Position numbers and translations under genes: made by a program
Shown here: in pieces, positions 9,166 through 18,355 of the stretch
How the letters are laid out: every line of letters begins with the position of its first letter
Position numbering within the stretch: the first letter of the stretch is position 1
From: a virus
Lineage: Duplodnaviria; Caudoviricetes
Direction: 5' to 3' (one strand)
DNA length: 56,783 bases
IMG/VR virus record: IMGVR_UViG_3300036833_000338
Span: 1-56,783 of that record
Notes under the pieces: model-generated
Seen by the model: the letters and a program-made list of their open reading frames with translations, nothing else
Database searches by the model: none
What the model was told of the DNA's origin: nothing

Positions 9166-12113
9166 ACCCTCGATGTTAGAATGCCGATCCCGACATCAGC
9201 CAGGGTTGCATCCTGGGTTGCCGGTGCGACCAGCTGCAACGTATCGCCCGCGGCTAGCGAGCCCCCGGCTCCGGCCAGCGTGCAGGAAGTGTGCGATGTC
9301 GTCGTGATGGTGATCGTTCCGAGTGCGGTTGTCACCCCGGCCGCGGTGATCTGGTTGAGTGTAAACACGGCGCTGGCGGTGGTTATCGTACCCTGATAAA
9401 CCACCGCACCCGTGAGGTTCGCCGGAACGGTCACCGCCATTGCCATCGGCACGTTGACCACACCGCCGGCCACGGGCTTGCCCGCCACCGGAAAGGCGAT
9501 CGGCACCTGGGCTACCTCAGTCGGCAGGCTCGGGTAGGTAAGCCGTGTAGCAAATGTCACCGCGCCGCTGAAGTTCGCTGCGGCTGCCGTGATCGTACCG
9601 GTAAAGCTCGGCGACGGCGCCGTCACGAGACCGGTAAAAGTCGCCCCGGCGGTTTGCGCATATTGCGCAAGGTTGAGCATCGTCGAGACTTGCGTCACGC
9701 TCAGATCGAGCGGCGCGCCCGTACCCGTAACGCTGCCCTTGATCGTATTAGCCGCCATCGTCGCCAGGGTGACGTTGGCCACCGCTCCCGCAGCCAACCC
9801 AGGGGCGGCATCGGAGCGCATGAATGTGGCGAGCGAGCCGGCAACCGCCGTGCCCCCGGTGATCAGTTGTGTGGGAGCGGCACCGGTCGGCGGGGCCGCA
9901 GGGGCCGCTATCCACGACGGGTCGGCAGCCGTGCCGCCGGTGCTCAACAGCTGACCCGCCGTGCCGGCCGCCAACGAGACCCAGCCGGTAGCACCGCGAA
10001 ACATGAGCGTGCCTCGGGCAGGGGCCGGCAGCAGCCAGGCGTCATGCCATGCCGAAGGCGTCGTAAAGGCCGGGTTGACGGCAGCCCCGACGCTCGCGAG
10101 CAGGTTGTTCGTCGCCCCCGGAGCCGCCGCCGCGATAGCGCCGGCAGCGGCGCCGAGCAGCACGTTATATTGCGCTAACGTAGCCAGACCGGTGCCGCCA
10201 CTGGCAACCCCGAGCGGCGTCGCCATGGTCACCGTGCCGGTGAAGCTCGGCGCGTTCAACGGCGCGTACTGCGCCAGATTGAGCATCGTCGAGACTTGCG
10301 TCACGCTCAGATCGAGCGGCGCAGCGGTCACCCCCGTATTATTGCCCTTGATCGTGTTGGCCGTCATACCCGCCAGGATGGCGTTGGTAACGGCACCGGT
10401 GGCGATCATCCCGGTGGCGACCACGCCCGCGCCGATCGTCGTGGTGATGGTCGAGCCGGTAGGTCCGGTGCCGGTAACATTACCCCCCAAGGTGACGGTC
10501 TGCGCCACCGGCAACGCCCAGGCCGGTATCCCGGCAGCCACACTCAGCACCGTATTCGCGGCGCCGATGCCGAGGCGAGTCAGCGCCCCGGTGGTGACGG
10601 CGCGATAGTAGATGTCGCCCGTGGCGTCGGCCCCGGCACCGACGCCCATGATTATCCCGGTGACCTGGGTCGAGCTCAGGGTCAACCCCGACGAGCCCGA
10701 CACGGCATTGCTGGCCGCCGGATAAAATGCTGCCTGATTGATGCCGCCAGCATTGACCGTGCCGCCGCCGGCCGCGAAGCTCTGCCAGCTCGGCAGACCG
10801 CTGACGACTTGCAGCGCAAAACCGTTGGTGCCGATGGCGAGTCGGGTGAAGACGTTGGATGCGTTTCGGTAATAAATATCCCCGATCGCGTCCGCGCCTG
10901 ACACATTGAAGCCGGTGATCTGGGTCGCGTTCAGAGTCAACGCGGACGAGCCGGCAAAGGTGCTGGCACTGTTCCACTGCACACCACCGAGTGGTGTGCC
11001 CGGTGTCGCCGCACCGCCGGCTGCGTTCAGCTGATTGCCGACCATCGTGAGGTTGGTGCCGAGGATGATCTCACCGAGCGCGGTGCTGCCAACCGCGCTG
11101 CCGATCAGCCGCTGAGCCACCGACGCGGCTTGCATCTTGGCGTAAGTGACCACGCCCGGCTGAATGGTCGTGGCAATGGTGGTGCCGGTCGGTCCCGAGC
11201 CGACGACATCGGTGCCCAACGTGACGGTCTGTGGGGTCGCTGTCAGAACCCCGCCGACCGACAGGTTCAGTCCGGTGGTGACCGTGATTTCCGAAGGAAC
11301 CGCCGCGCTGGCGGTCGGGTTGCCGAGCAGCCGCGCCGCCGTGACGGTCTGCATCTTGGCGTAGGTGACCGGGGCAAGCGTCGCAGCGAATGTGCCGGTA
11401 CCCGATCCGGTGACGTCGCCGGTCAGGGTGATCGTCTGAAGGGGCGATGTCAGCTGCCCGGCGGCAAAGGCCATATTTGCACCCAGCGTGATCTCCGCGA
11501 CGGCGGACCCAGCTGTGACGGTCGGATTACCAAGCAGGCTGCTCGCACCAACCGTCTGCATTTTGGCATAGGTGACGGCATTGGCGGCGATCTTGCCGGT
11601 CGAGATCGACAGCGGTTGAATCGTCAGCGCGCCGCCCGTGGCAATCGCCGCATCGCCCGAGATCGTGGCCGGGCCGACCACATTGGCGGCGGTATATTGT
11701 GCCATTTGCGGGGGCCCGCCGCCGCCGCTGACCGTGCCCCCACCGGTCGCGATGGGCGACCATTGTGGTAGTCCGCCGACCACTTCCAGCACTTGACCCG
11801 GCGTCCCGATCCCCAAGCGCGCCATCACTCCCGAGGCGTTGCGGAAATAGAGATCGCCGGGCGCATCCGTCCCGAAACTCATCGTCATGCCGGTGACCGC
11901 GACCGCGTTCAAACTGAGGCCGGACGACCCGCCAAATGCGGTGCCGCCAGAATTGTATTGCGCGTTGCCGGCCCCGCCGCCCGGCCCCAGACTCGAGCCC
12001 GCTGCTGCCTGCAATGCCGAGATCTCACTGGCCGCATAGGAAAAATTCGCACGCACGGAAGCGGTGGTCGGATTGCCCGCGACCGGCTGGCTCGGATCGA
12101 TCCGCGAGGTCAT
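9162..12113 (-). CDS. Long repetitive fibre protein
   Basis: 983 aa G/A/T-rich; VTYAKMQ x3, GD(I/L)Y(Y/F)R...RL(G/A)IG x3, [20 protein letters not shown] x2. Confidence 0.7.
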   Translation of the reverse strand: MTSRIDPSQPVAGNPTTASVRANFSYAASEISALQAAAGSSLGPGGGAGNAQYNSGGTAFGGSSGLSLNAVAVTGMTMSFGTDAPGDLYFRNASGVMARLGIGTPGQVLEVVGGLPQWSPIATGGGTVSGGGGPPQMAQYTAANVVGPATISGDAAIATGGALTIQPLSISTGKIAANAVTYAKMQTVGASSLLGNPTVTAGSAVAEITLGANMAFAAGQLTSPLQTITLTGDVTGSGTGTFAATLAPVTYAKMQTVTAARLLGNPTASAAVPSEITVTTGLNLSVGGVLTATPQTVTLGTDVVGSGPTGTTIATTIQPGVVTYAKMQAASVAQRLIGSAVGSTALGEIILGTNLTMVGNQLNAAGGAATPGTPLGGVQWNSASTFAGSSALTLNATQITGFNVSGADAIGDIYYRNASNVFTRLAIGTNGFALQVVSGLPSWQSFAAGGGTVNAGGINQAAFYPAASNAVSGSSGLTLSSTQVTGIIMGVGAGADATGDIYYRAVTTGALTRLGIGAANTVLSVAAGIPAWALPVAQTVTLGGNVTGTGPTGSTITTTIGAGVVATGMIATGAVTNAILAGMTANTIKGNNTGVTAAPLDLSVTQVSTMLNLAQYAPLNAPSFTGTVTMATPLGVASGGTGLATLAQYNVLLGAAAGAIAAAAPGATNNLLASVGAAVNPAFTTPSAWHDAWLLPAPARGTLMFRGATGWVSLAAGTAGQLLSTGGTAADPSWIAAPAAPPTGAAPTQLITGGTAVAGSLATFMRSDAAPGLAAGAVANVTLATMAANTIKGSVTGTGAPLDLSVTQVSTMLNLAQYAQTAGATFTGLVTAPSPSFTGTITAAAANFSGAVTFATRLTYPSLPTEVAQVPIAFPVAGKPVAGGVVNVPMAMAVTVPANLTGAVVYQGTITTASAVFTLNQITAAGVTTALGTITITTTSHTSCTLAGAGGSLAAGDTLQLVAPATQDATLADVGIGILTSRV
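9673..10322. repeat. 44-bp exact direct repeat inside the fibre gene (9673-9716 and 10279-10322)
   Basis: TTGAGCATCGTCGAGACTTGCGTCACGCTCAGATCGAGCGGCGC occurs twice. Confidence 0.85.
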
Positions 12114-12866
12114 TTAGATTTGATCCCATATACTGTTGCCGCTGTCCCAAATCGAGGCGCCGCCCTCCCAGATGTATGGCGGCACGTAATCCTGCGTGTC
12201 GAAATCGTCTTCGACGAGCCGTGTTTCGCCGGGCGGATTGGCGGTGATCGTGCCGCGCGAGCTCAGCAGGTTACGGACTTCGTAGTCGTAGCGGATCTCG
12301 CGGCGCAGGATGATGTTGATGTCGCTGCGCGGCCACCAGCGCTCCTTGATCAGCTCGGCCGTGCGGGTCACGCCGCTGACCTCGACGAGGCCGGCGCTGT
12401 TGGCGCGCAAGATCGCCCGGTTCTGGTCGATGAATAGACCGCGCTGCAGATAGGAGCTGAACCGGTCGCCGTTGGGGCCGTAGAACGAGACCAGGATGGT
12501 CGCCACCTCGTGGGTCTGCAGCGCGTCGTAGTCACTGTCCCAGGTCGTTTGACCGGCATCCCAGGTCGACGCACCATTGTCCCAGGTGCTCCCCGCGGTC
12601 GGCGGCGGCAGCACGGGGACATGGACGATTGCCGGGTCGAAATCGACGGTCGTGCTCATGACGCCGAATGCCAGCCAATCTTGGGTAATGTCAGGGCGCG
12701 GCGCGGGCTCCGGCTCCCACCGCGGGCGCACCAGGGTCGGATCGAAACCGACGATGCCGGCGAAGAAATCGTGCAGGAAATCGTCCCAGTCATCGTCGAA
12801 GGGTGGCGCCGACGGTTGGCGCGGGAGCAGGTAGCCGGGTTCGCCGCTGTCCGCCGCTGTCGCCAT
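12114..12866 (-). CDS. Neck / tail terminator protein
   Basis: DPTLVRPRWEPEP...WLAFGV...ILVSFYGP...LFIDQNR; start MATAADSGEPGYL coupled to the upstream stop. Confidence 0.75.
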   Translation of the reverse strand: MATAADSGEPGYLLPRQPSAPPFDDDWDDFLHDFFAGIVGFDPTLVRPRWEPEPAPRPDITQDWLAFGVMSTTVDFDPAIVHVPVLPPPTAGSTWDNGASTWDAGQTTWDSDYDALQTHEVATILVSFYGPNGDRFSSYLQRGLFIDQNRAILRANSAGLVEVSGVTRTAELIKERWWPRSDINIILRREIRYDYEVRNLLSSRGTITANPPGETRLVEDDFDTQDYVPPYIWEGGASIWDSGNSIWDQI

Positions 12867-13264
12867 CAGGCCAGGCCCATCGGCGCCGGGAGCGCTGTGA
12901 TCACAGTAGCGACGGCGTAGACAAACCCCCGGCCGTAGCCCGACCAATCATCCAGCACTCGGACGATGTAGGTGTCGCCGTGCCACTGGATCTGGTCGGG
13001 ATGCATTTGATTCCCCATCGCATCCATCGCCGCACCCTGCAGCCGGAACGGCGTCCACACTCCGATCGTCTTTTCCTGCATCTCCGCCTCCGGCAAGCGC
13101 CGCAGGTCGTCGGGCGAGGCCGCGCCGATCACCGCCAGCGCGGCGTGCGGCGTGTCGGTGATCTGCCCGCGCCCGTATTGGTCGACGACGATGGCGCGGC
13201 GCACCACCGTGATGTTGTCGAGCATGCTGGGATCGAAAGCATCGTCGACGTCGAGGCTAGGCAT
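12866..13264 (-). CDS. Head-tail adaptor / closure protein
   Basis: MPSLDVDDAFDP...DDLRRLPE...PDQIQWHGDTYIV...WSGYGRGF; synteny. Confidence 0.75.
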   Translation of the reverse strand: MPSLDVDDAFDPSMLDNITVVRRAIVVDQYGRGQITDTPHAALAVIGAASPDDLRRLPEAEMQEKTIGVWTPFRLQGAAMDAMGNQMHPDQIQWHGDTYIVRVLDDWSGYGRGFVYAVATVITALPAPMGLA

Positions 13265-13547
13265 CGATCACCCAAAGATCGCCAAAGTCGCCAAAGTCGC
13301 CAGAGTCCTCGTTCATCTTGGTAAGGCGATGTTTGTAGCCGTCCTTCGTGATCCAGCCGGCTTGTTCCAACTCTTCGATGGTCACCCGGCCAATGTTTGG
13401 CAGAGCGGCGATCCAATACACATCGCCGTCGCGGCAACCATCACCCCAGCCCTCTCCGCCATAAGTTGGGTCGGGATCGCCGCGCATGAGCCTCAATACC
13501 GCCGTAGCGCGACCACTGAGCTTGGCGGCCATCAGCCCCATACCCAC
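13257..13547 (-). CDS. Hypothetical protein
   Basis: 96-aa ORF filling the gap between neck genes. Confidence 0.45.
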   Translation of the reverse strand: MGMGLMAAKLSGRATAVLRLMRGDPDPTYGGEGWGDGCRDGDVYWIAALPNIGRVTIEELEQAGWITKDGYKHRLTKMNEDSGDFGDFGDLWVIDA

Positions 13548-14041
13548 ACGATGCTATTCAGCAGATTTCCAGTGTCAATTAATGGAGTCGTGTCTGCGGA
13601 TGTAGTTGCTTTGCGTCGATATTTGCTTCCTGGAGTTCGAACTCGCCTTCTCGCTACTGTCTCTTCTTTGAGCGGAGGAGGTATTCCAGCAGCGATCGTC
13701 CGTTTCACGCTGTTGACGGCGATCTGCCCGGCCTCGCCCAAGTGCCGCCGCATCAGCAGGGGCTCGCCGCCAAGCGCATCGCGGGCCGCCTGCTCGAGCT
13801 TCTTGACCCAGCGATCCTTGGATTTCGTGACGCCAGGAAAAAGAAAAGGTCTGCTTGGAATATTTCGGGCTGGCGAGCCAAATTCATGAATATACCCAAG
13901 ACTAGCGTTTCCGATAGGACTTCCACTTCTTGGGTTATTCTCCTGTGGAATACCAACAAGTACTTTATTAGTTCCAATAGCTTTGAGTGCTTCCGAAATT
14001 TTCTTCAAATTATCGACGGTGACTTCAACCCCGCTTTGCAT
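13532..14041 (-). CDS. Neck / tail completion (virion morphogenesis) protein
   Basis: VLVGIP...NASLGYIHEFGSPARNIPSRPFL...PLIDTGNLLNSI. Confidence 0.85.
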   Translation of the reverse strand: MQSGVEVTVDNLKKISEALKAIGTNKVLVGIPQENNPRSGSPIGNASLGYIHEFGSPARNIPSRPFLFPGVTKSKDRWVKKLEQAARDALGGEPLLMRRHLGEAGQIAVNSVKRTIAAGIPPPLKEETVARRRVRTPGSKYRRKATTSADTTPLIDTGNLLNSIVWVWG

Positions 14042-14760
14042 ACGGCCCATTCCTCCATGGTTCTAGTGCCTTTGGTGCTGTTACAACTCTGACAAAGCAA
14101 TTGAAAGTTCTCCGTCGCATTGGTGCCGCCGCGACTAAGAGGGATCTTATGATCCAGCGTGTATTTCTCTGAAATATCACACCCGCACCCAAGACACCGA
14201 CCATCTTGGTCTTGTTGCATGCGCGCGACATCGTCGAGGGTCAAAGCGAGCTTCCCACCCACTACTTCCCGCTGCCGACGGTTCGTTTTAGCGCGCAAAC
14301 GATGAATGCGCACCGCTTCCGGATGATCAACCACCCACTGGACGAGCAACTGTTTAACATGCTCGGCATTCTCGGTTCGCCAGACTTTTAGATACGCACT
14401 TATTTGTTCCGCATGCTTCAACTGGTGACGACGTTTGCGAGCTTTCAATTTCGCCGGATCGTGATTGATCCTTCGTCTTTGTTGACGCTTAATTTCCGGG
14501 TCTTTCGCTGCCTGCCGTTGCCGATCGCGTTCTTGATACGCTGGTCGCTTCTTCCAAGAATTGACCTTTTGACGGTTAGCCTTCATCCAAGCGTGTCGCT
14601 GAATGCGAGCACATTCGAAGCATCGATTATTGCTCGTGAGCCTCTGTGAGATATGTCCGTACGCACACGGCGTACCCAGGAAAAACCGCTTGAGTCCCGC
14701 AGCCTTCGCCTCGGCGCGCGTGACAATCGGGCCTTGATATGGAACGTAGCCGGTAGCCAT
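14005..14760 (-). CDS. Free-standing HNH endonuclease
   Basis: CLGCG...TLDHKIPLSRGGTNATENFQLLCQSCNSTKG; N-terminal AKAAGLKRFFLGTPCAYGH; start MATGY after AGGAG. Confidence 0.9.
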   Translation of the reverse strand: MATGYVPYQGPIVTRAEAKAAGLKRFFLGTPCAYGHISQRLTSNNRCFECARIQRHAWMKANRQKVNSWKKRPAYQERDRQRQAAKDPEIKRQQRRRINHDPAKLKARKRRHQLKHAEQISAYLKVWRTENAEHVKQLLVQWVVDHPEAVRIHRLRAKTNRRQREVVGGKLALTLDDVARMQQDQDGRCLGCGCDISEKYTLDHKIPLSRGGTNATENFQLLCQSCNSTKGTRTMEEWAVCKAGLKSPSII

Positions 14761-14836
14761 CGGAGGTGCTCCTACACCTGTGGTGGTCAGGGCCGGCGTG
14801 GCGTTGACCCGCCGCGTCGGCTCGCTCAACATTATA
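14758..14836 (-). promoter_or_regulatory. TATAAT box plus two-hairpin leader, family 1 copy D
   Basis: Minus strand: TATAAT, GAGCCGACGCGGCG-loop-CGCCACGCCGGCCC, TGACC, AGGTG-TAGGAG-CACCT, ATG. Confidence 0.6.
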
Positions 14837-14863
14837 CGCGCACTTCACGAATATCAGCCCCGT

Positions 14864-15121
14864 TCAGTGCACGCGTCGCCGGGGGATCCGGGTCTCGCGC
14901 CGGATGGTCCGGTTCGCCATCGCGGTGTCGATCGCGCTCGTCACCGGGTCGGCGTCGAGCACTTCCTGAAGCTGCCGGGCGACCTCAGTGTGCAAGTCGT
15001 ACGTTTCGGCATCGTCGGGCGACGCCTCGGCCACCGCAGTGTGGTAGGCGATGATGTTTTCCAGTCGCGCACGCATTGCCGATTGCATTTCAGCCTCCGT
15101 TGGAAAAGAGCGGAGCGGCAT
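14864..15121 (-). CDS. Hypothetical protein
   Basis: 85-aa ORF co-oriented with neighbours. Confidence 0.5.
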   Translation of the reverse strand: MPLRSFPTEAEMQSAMRARLENIIAYHTAVAEASPDDAETYDLHTEVARQLQEVLDADPVTSAIDTAMANRTIRRETRIPRRRVH

Positions 15122-15155
15122 GGCTACTCGCCGCTCCAGTTTGGGAGGAACCTTG

Positions 15156-15365
15156 TCAGGATTTGTAGATCAGCGCGCGCACAGCGCAGTCTTTCGCCTC
15201 GACTAGCTTGCGCAGCGCTGTCGTCCTTTCGGGATTGCGGGGCAGCGTCTCGACGATCTCGTGGGCGAGCTCGGAGAATGCCTTGCTCGTCGGCTGCAGG
15301 TCTTCGCGCAGATGGTCCCAGACGAAAAACTGCAGCATCGGCTCGCGCTCGGGATGGTCCGCCAT
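15156..15365 (-). CDS. Small helical-hairpin phage protein, possibly Acb2/Tad1-like
   Basis: LQFFVWDHL...LPRNPERTTALRKLVEAKDCAVRA; GAGGAG RBS. Confidence 0.55.
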   Translation of the reverse strand: MADHPEREPMLQFFVWDHLREDLQPTSKAFSELAHEIVETLPRNPERTTALRKLVEAKDCAVRALIYKS

Positions 15366-15395
15366 CGCAGGCTCCTCGCAAGTGTGATATAAAGC

Positions 15396-15523
15396 GGGCG
15401 ACGTGGTGTTGAGGCACCGCGCCGCCCTTGACACCCGTCGACCACTGGAGGGTCAGACAGATGCCCGATGAAATCTTACCACCGATTCGCGGACGCACCT
15501 TGCAGGAGGTGTCATGGGCGTAA
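15396..15523 (+). promoter_or_regulatory. Two-hairpin leader, family 1 copy B, with 20-codon leader ORF (15461-15523)
   Basis: Same layout as 2544; ORF MPDEILPPIRGRTLQEVSWA overlaps the next start; TGATATAAA just upstream. Confidence 0.7.
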
Positions 15524-15915
15524 CTCTCGTCGGACAGATCGGCACGATTTATTTTGTCGCGTGTAAAGAACGCTATGTAAAGATAGGGTTTGTGTGGCGC
15601 CGCAGCGTCTCAAAAAGAATAGATGATATGCAAGGCGAAAACCCGTTTCAGTTAAAGCTCATCCGAATTATAACGCCGGCCTACATGGAACAAGAGAGAT
15701 GGCTACATCAGCATTTCGAACATTTAAAGGCGTCGACCCCCGCAGGAGAGTGGTTCTGTTTTTCTGATGAAATGCTTACAATAAACCCGCCCGACAGCGA
15801 AACTTGCCTGGCTAACAAGGCCGCTCTTGAAAAACAGCTAAAATTGCGACGCGCCAGGATGGCGTATGCGCGGGCACATCCGGTCCGCCAATGGCGCACC
15901 CCCCTCAAAGTGTAA
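15514..15915 (+). CDS. GIY-YIG-superfamily (T5orf172-like) protein
   Basis: IYFV...YVKIGF...RIDDMQGENPFQLKL...ERWLHQHF...GEWF. Confidence 0.85.
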   Translation: MGVTLVGQIGTIYFVACKERYVKIGFVWRRSVSKRIDDMQGENPFQLKLIRIITPAYMEQERWLHQHFEHLKASTPAGEWFCFSDEMLTINPPDSETCLANKAALEKQLKLRRARMAYARAHPVRQWRTPLKV

Positions 15916-15929
15916 AGAGCGGGTTTTTC

Positions 15930-16028
15930 AGTGTAAACTTTTCTTACACTTTTTCGGGTTTTTGCCGCTCAGCCAGCGGATGGGAAATCAGCAATATCAG
16001 CCGCTTAATCGTTTGGCACGCTTCTTCT
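15930..16028 (+). promoter_or_regulatory. Palindromic enhancer-like site and sigma54-like promoter
   Basis: AGTGTAA-N7-TTACACT (15930-15950) and TGGCACG-CTTC-TTCT (16014-16028; -12 box deviates from TTGC). Confidence 0.55.
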
Positions 16029-16049
16029 ATATAACTCATCGGAGCGCTC

Positions 16050-16763
16050 ATGCTCCCTAAGGAGATGGAGAAACCCATGTCGAAAACACTTTTTGCCGCC
16101 ACCGCCGCCCTCCTGGCCGCGGCCGCCCTCTCTGGCTCAGCCTCGGCCGGCGTCCTGAACTGCTCGATCCTGGTCGACGGCATCAGCGTCGGCAGCTGCG
16201 TCACCTCGAGCACCGGGACGACCTCGTTCAATAGCGCCACGGCCTCGCCGCTGTTCTCGGCGATCAACCTCACCGCCGATGGCCCGCCGGTCCTGCCAAA
16301 CCCGGATCTGTCGAGCGTCACGCTCAACGTCTCCTCGGCGGCTGGATTCACCGGCACCCACATCCTGACCGTCGATGTCTTTCAGACCGGTGTAAGCGCC
16401 CCGATCGGGACGACATTGCAAACCACTGCGACGATCAATAACCTGATTGGGATCGCCGGCCCGACGACGCTCTCAGATGCGTTCAACGGGACTGCGTCGA
16501 CCTTGGGCACGACGTTGCGCAGCAACACCTTCCCCGCGACCTTCACCGGCGCGATCGGCCCGTTCCTTGATGTCCTCACCGTGCCGCTGACGGCCGATGC
16601 CGAGCAGTACCAGATCACCTTCACCGCGCCCAACCAATCGGCCAACGACACGATTCAACTTCAAGGTGTGACACCATCGGTCTCCGAACCCTCCTCGATG
16701 GCCTTGTTCGCCGGCGCGCTGCTCGCCATGGGCTGGTGGTATCGCCGCCGCCGCAATAGCTGA
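16050..16763 (+). CDS. PEP-CTERM sorting-domain surface protein (moron)
   Basis: Signal peptide; C-terminal VSEPSSMALFAGALLAMGWWYRRRRNS (PEP-like motif, TM helix, basic tail); start may be 16077. Confidence 0.85.
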   Translation: MLPKEMEKPMSKTLFAATAALLAAAALSGSASAGVLNCSILVDGISVGSCVTSSTGTTSFNSATASPLFSAINLTADGPPVLPNPDLSSVTLNVSSAAGFTGTHILTVDVFQTGVSAPIGTTLQTTATINNLIGIAGPTTLSDAFNGTASTLGTTLRSNTFPATFTGAIGPFLDVLTVPLTADAEQYQITFTAPNQSANDTIQLQGVTPSVSEPSSMALFAGALLAMGWWYRRRRNS

Positions 16764-16779
16764 ACAACATAGCGACCTG

Positions 16780-16814
16780 GAGCCGTCAGAGAAATCTGGC
16801 GGCTCTTTTCTTTT
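16780..16814 (+). terminator. Intrinsic terminator
   Basis: GAGCCGTCAGA-GAAA-TCTGGCGGCTC followed by TTTTCTTTT. Confidence 0.8.
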
Positions 16815-17019
16815 ACTCGCGCGGCGGCGGAGCGTCCCGATACACCTCTGTGTGCTGCTCGTCCTCGGTCGGGACAAACCCGCGGCCCGCGGCGGTGATC
16901 GCGAATTTGAGCCGGCGCAACAGCTCGGCGCCGCGCTCCGGGCTCGGGATCGCGCCGCGCACGATCAGTTCGAGATGACCGACCAAGTCCGCGCACAACT
17001 CCTCGGGGATCATGATCAT
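16813..17019 (-). CDS. Hypothetical protein
   Basis: MIMIPEELCADL... directly after the DUF4054 stop. Confidence 0.45.
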   Translation of the reverse strand: MIMIPEELCADLVGHLELIVRGAIPSPERGAELLRRLKFAITAAGRGFVPTEDEQHTEVYRDAPPPRE

Positions 17020-17020
17020 C

Positions 17021-17530
17021 TTAAGCACGATACGGCAATGCGGTGCCGTAGGAATAGTATTTCTGCCCCGAAACCCCGGTGAACGGGCGATAGCGGAACA
17101 TCCGGTATTGGGCGGTTCCCGCCCAATAGGCAAAACCGTATTTCGACTGGATGAACCAAGCTGCAGTGCCGGGAACATTTGGCAACTGATAACCGATGCT
17201 GACCGGGCCAACGCTTTTGTTGTTGATCATCCCGACCTGCTGCCCGGAGCCCGGTCCGGTCAGGTAGGCCATGTGCGCGGTCAGCATGTACAAGAGGCGC
17301 TCGCGCTCGCCGCCGACCGAGGCGTCGCACACCGGGCTATTGCAGGTGTTGTCGAGGTACATCGTCGCATCGTAGAACAGTTCCTGTGCCGTCGCCGCCT
17401 GCAGGTTATAGGGCGGATTGGAAAATTCCGGATAGCGCGCCGCAAAGCGGGGCGGATCGAACACCACCACGCACGGGTCGACCGGCGGTACCGGAACCAA
17501 CGGTGGGCATGGTGTGCAGGTGTCGCTCAT
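17021..17530 (-). CDS. Head-to-tail connector (DUF4054-like)
   Basis: FAARYPEFS...LLYMLTAHMAYL...AWFIQSKYGFAYW. Confidence 0.85.
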   Translation of the reverse strand: MSDTCTPCPPLVPVPPVDPCVVVFDPPRFAARYPEFSNPPYNLQAATAQELFYDATMYLDNTCNSPVCDASVGGERERLLYMLTAHMAYLTGPGSGQQVGMINNKSVGPVSIGYQLPNVPGTAAWFIQSKYGFAYWAGTAQYRMFRYRPFTGVSGQKYYSYGTALPYRA

Positions 17531-17586
17531 CGGGGAATCCCCTTCAAACGCGCGGCGTGCCGTCGGCGGTGCGGAGCAACATCATG

Positions 17587-17778
17587 TTACTCCACATCGC
17601 GCAATCGCGCAGCCGGCGCAGCACGTAACTCGGTCAGCACCAGAACCGCCTTGGCGGCCTTGCGGGTGAGGTGCCCTTTGTTGTGGCGCTGCCCGTGTTG
17701 GTCCTTGTAGGCGCAGACCCAGCGCACGCGCTCGCGGCCATCCTGGCCCTGCCAGGATCTCTTGTACACGCTCGCCAT
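17587..17778 (-). pseudogene. Isolated integrase N-terminal (arm-binding-like) fragment
   Basis: MASVYKRSW...VRWVCAYKDQHGQRHNKGHLTRKAAKA with no catalytic domain. Confidence 0.5.
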
Positions 17779-17779
17779 G

Positions 17780-18052
17780 TCAGGACCGCCGATCTTCGAG
17801 GCGCGCGACGCGCTCGGCCAGTTGCTGGACATAGCCGGCGAGAGCGATGCCCGCCTGTGCCATGCCCTGCTGCAGGCCGGCGAGAAACCGTACGTCGTCG
17901 TCGAGACGGCGGACGACGGCGAGGGTATCGGAGACCCGCTCGTTCAGCTTGGTGATCTCGCTCTCGATCTTGTCGAGATGCGTCGTGGTGGCGAGGGTCG
18001 GCAGCGCCGCCTCGATTGCTGCCAGCCGTTGTTCTAGATTTTCGTCAGCCAT
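17780..18052 (-). CDS. Small coiled-coil protein
   Basis: LEQRLAAIEAAL...LAERVARLE; resembles 3314..3691; AAAGGA RBS. Confidence 0.65.
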   Translation of the reverse strand: MADENLEQRLAAIEAALPTLATTTHLDKIESEITKLNERVSDTLAVVRRLDDDVRFLAGLQQGMAQAGIALAGYVQQLAERVARLEDRRS

Positions 18053-18141
18053 TGTCGTGGTCCTTTCACGAGGGTGGTCAGAGGTGCCGCTCCGTCTTAC
18101 ACACGGGCGGCGCCTCGCTCTTCACGAGCACACCGAATATA
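18050..18141 (-). promoter_or_regulatory. Two-hairpin leader, family 1 copy E
   Basis: Minus strand: TATATT, GAGGCGCCGCCCGT-loop-ACGGAGCGGCACCTC, TGACC, TCGTG-AAAGGAC-CACGA, ATG. Confidence 0.55.
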
Positions 18142-18175
18142 CGCGCAAAGTGGCTCGGACGCTTGCTGAATCGCG

Positions 18176-18355
18176 TCAGACTTTGCTTCGGCGTGAAGCA
18201 AACTTCCGGGAGGGGTAAGTCTTGTCCGGCCCTTCGGGCAGCATGCTGTCGAGGTATTCGGCGAAGTCGGCAAAGTGCGAGCGAATGTCGGCGATTTGCG
18301 CCAACTGGTTCTCGGTCGGCTGCAGGTATTCGAAAGTCGAATGATGCAAGCTCAT
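18176..18355 (-). pseudogene. Acb2/Tad1-like hairpin protein, apparently truncated at the C-terminus (59 aa)
   Basis: MSLHHSTFEYLQPTENQLAQIADIRSHFADFAEYLDSMLPEGPDKTY...; ATGA-coupled to the upstream gene; read by hand. Confidence 0.45.

Noticed and set aside
17587-17832. Functional integrase
   Set aside because: Only an N-terminal-like fragment of about 63 aa; no catalytic residues, so lifestyle cannot be settled from this window
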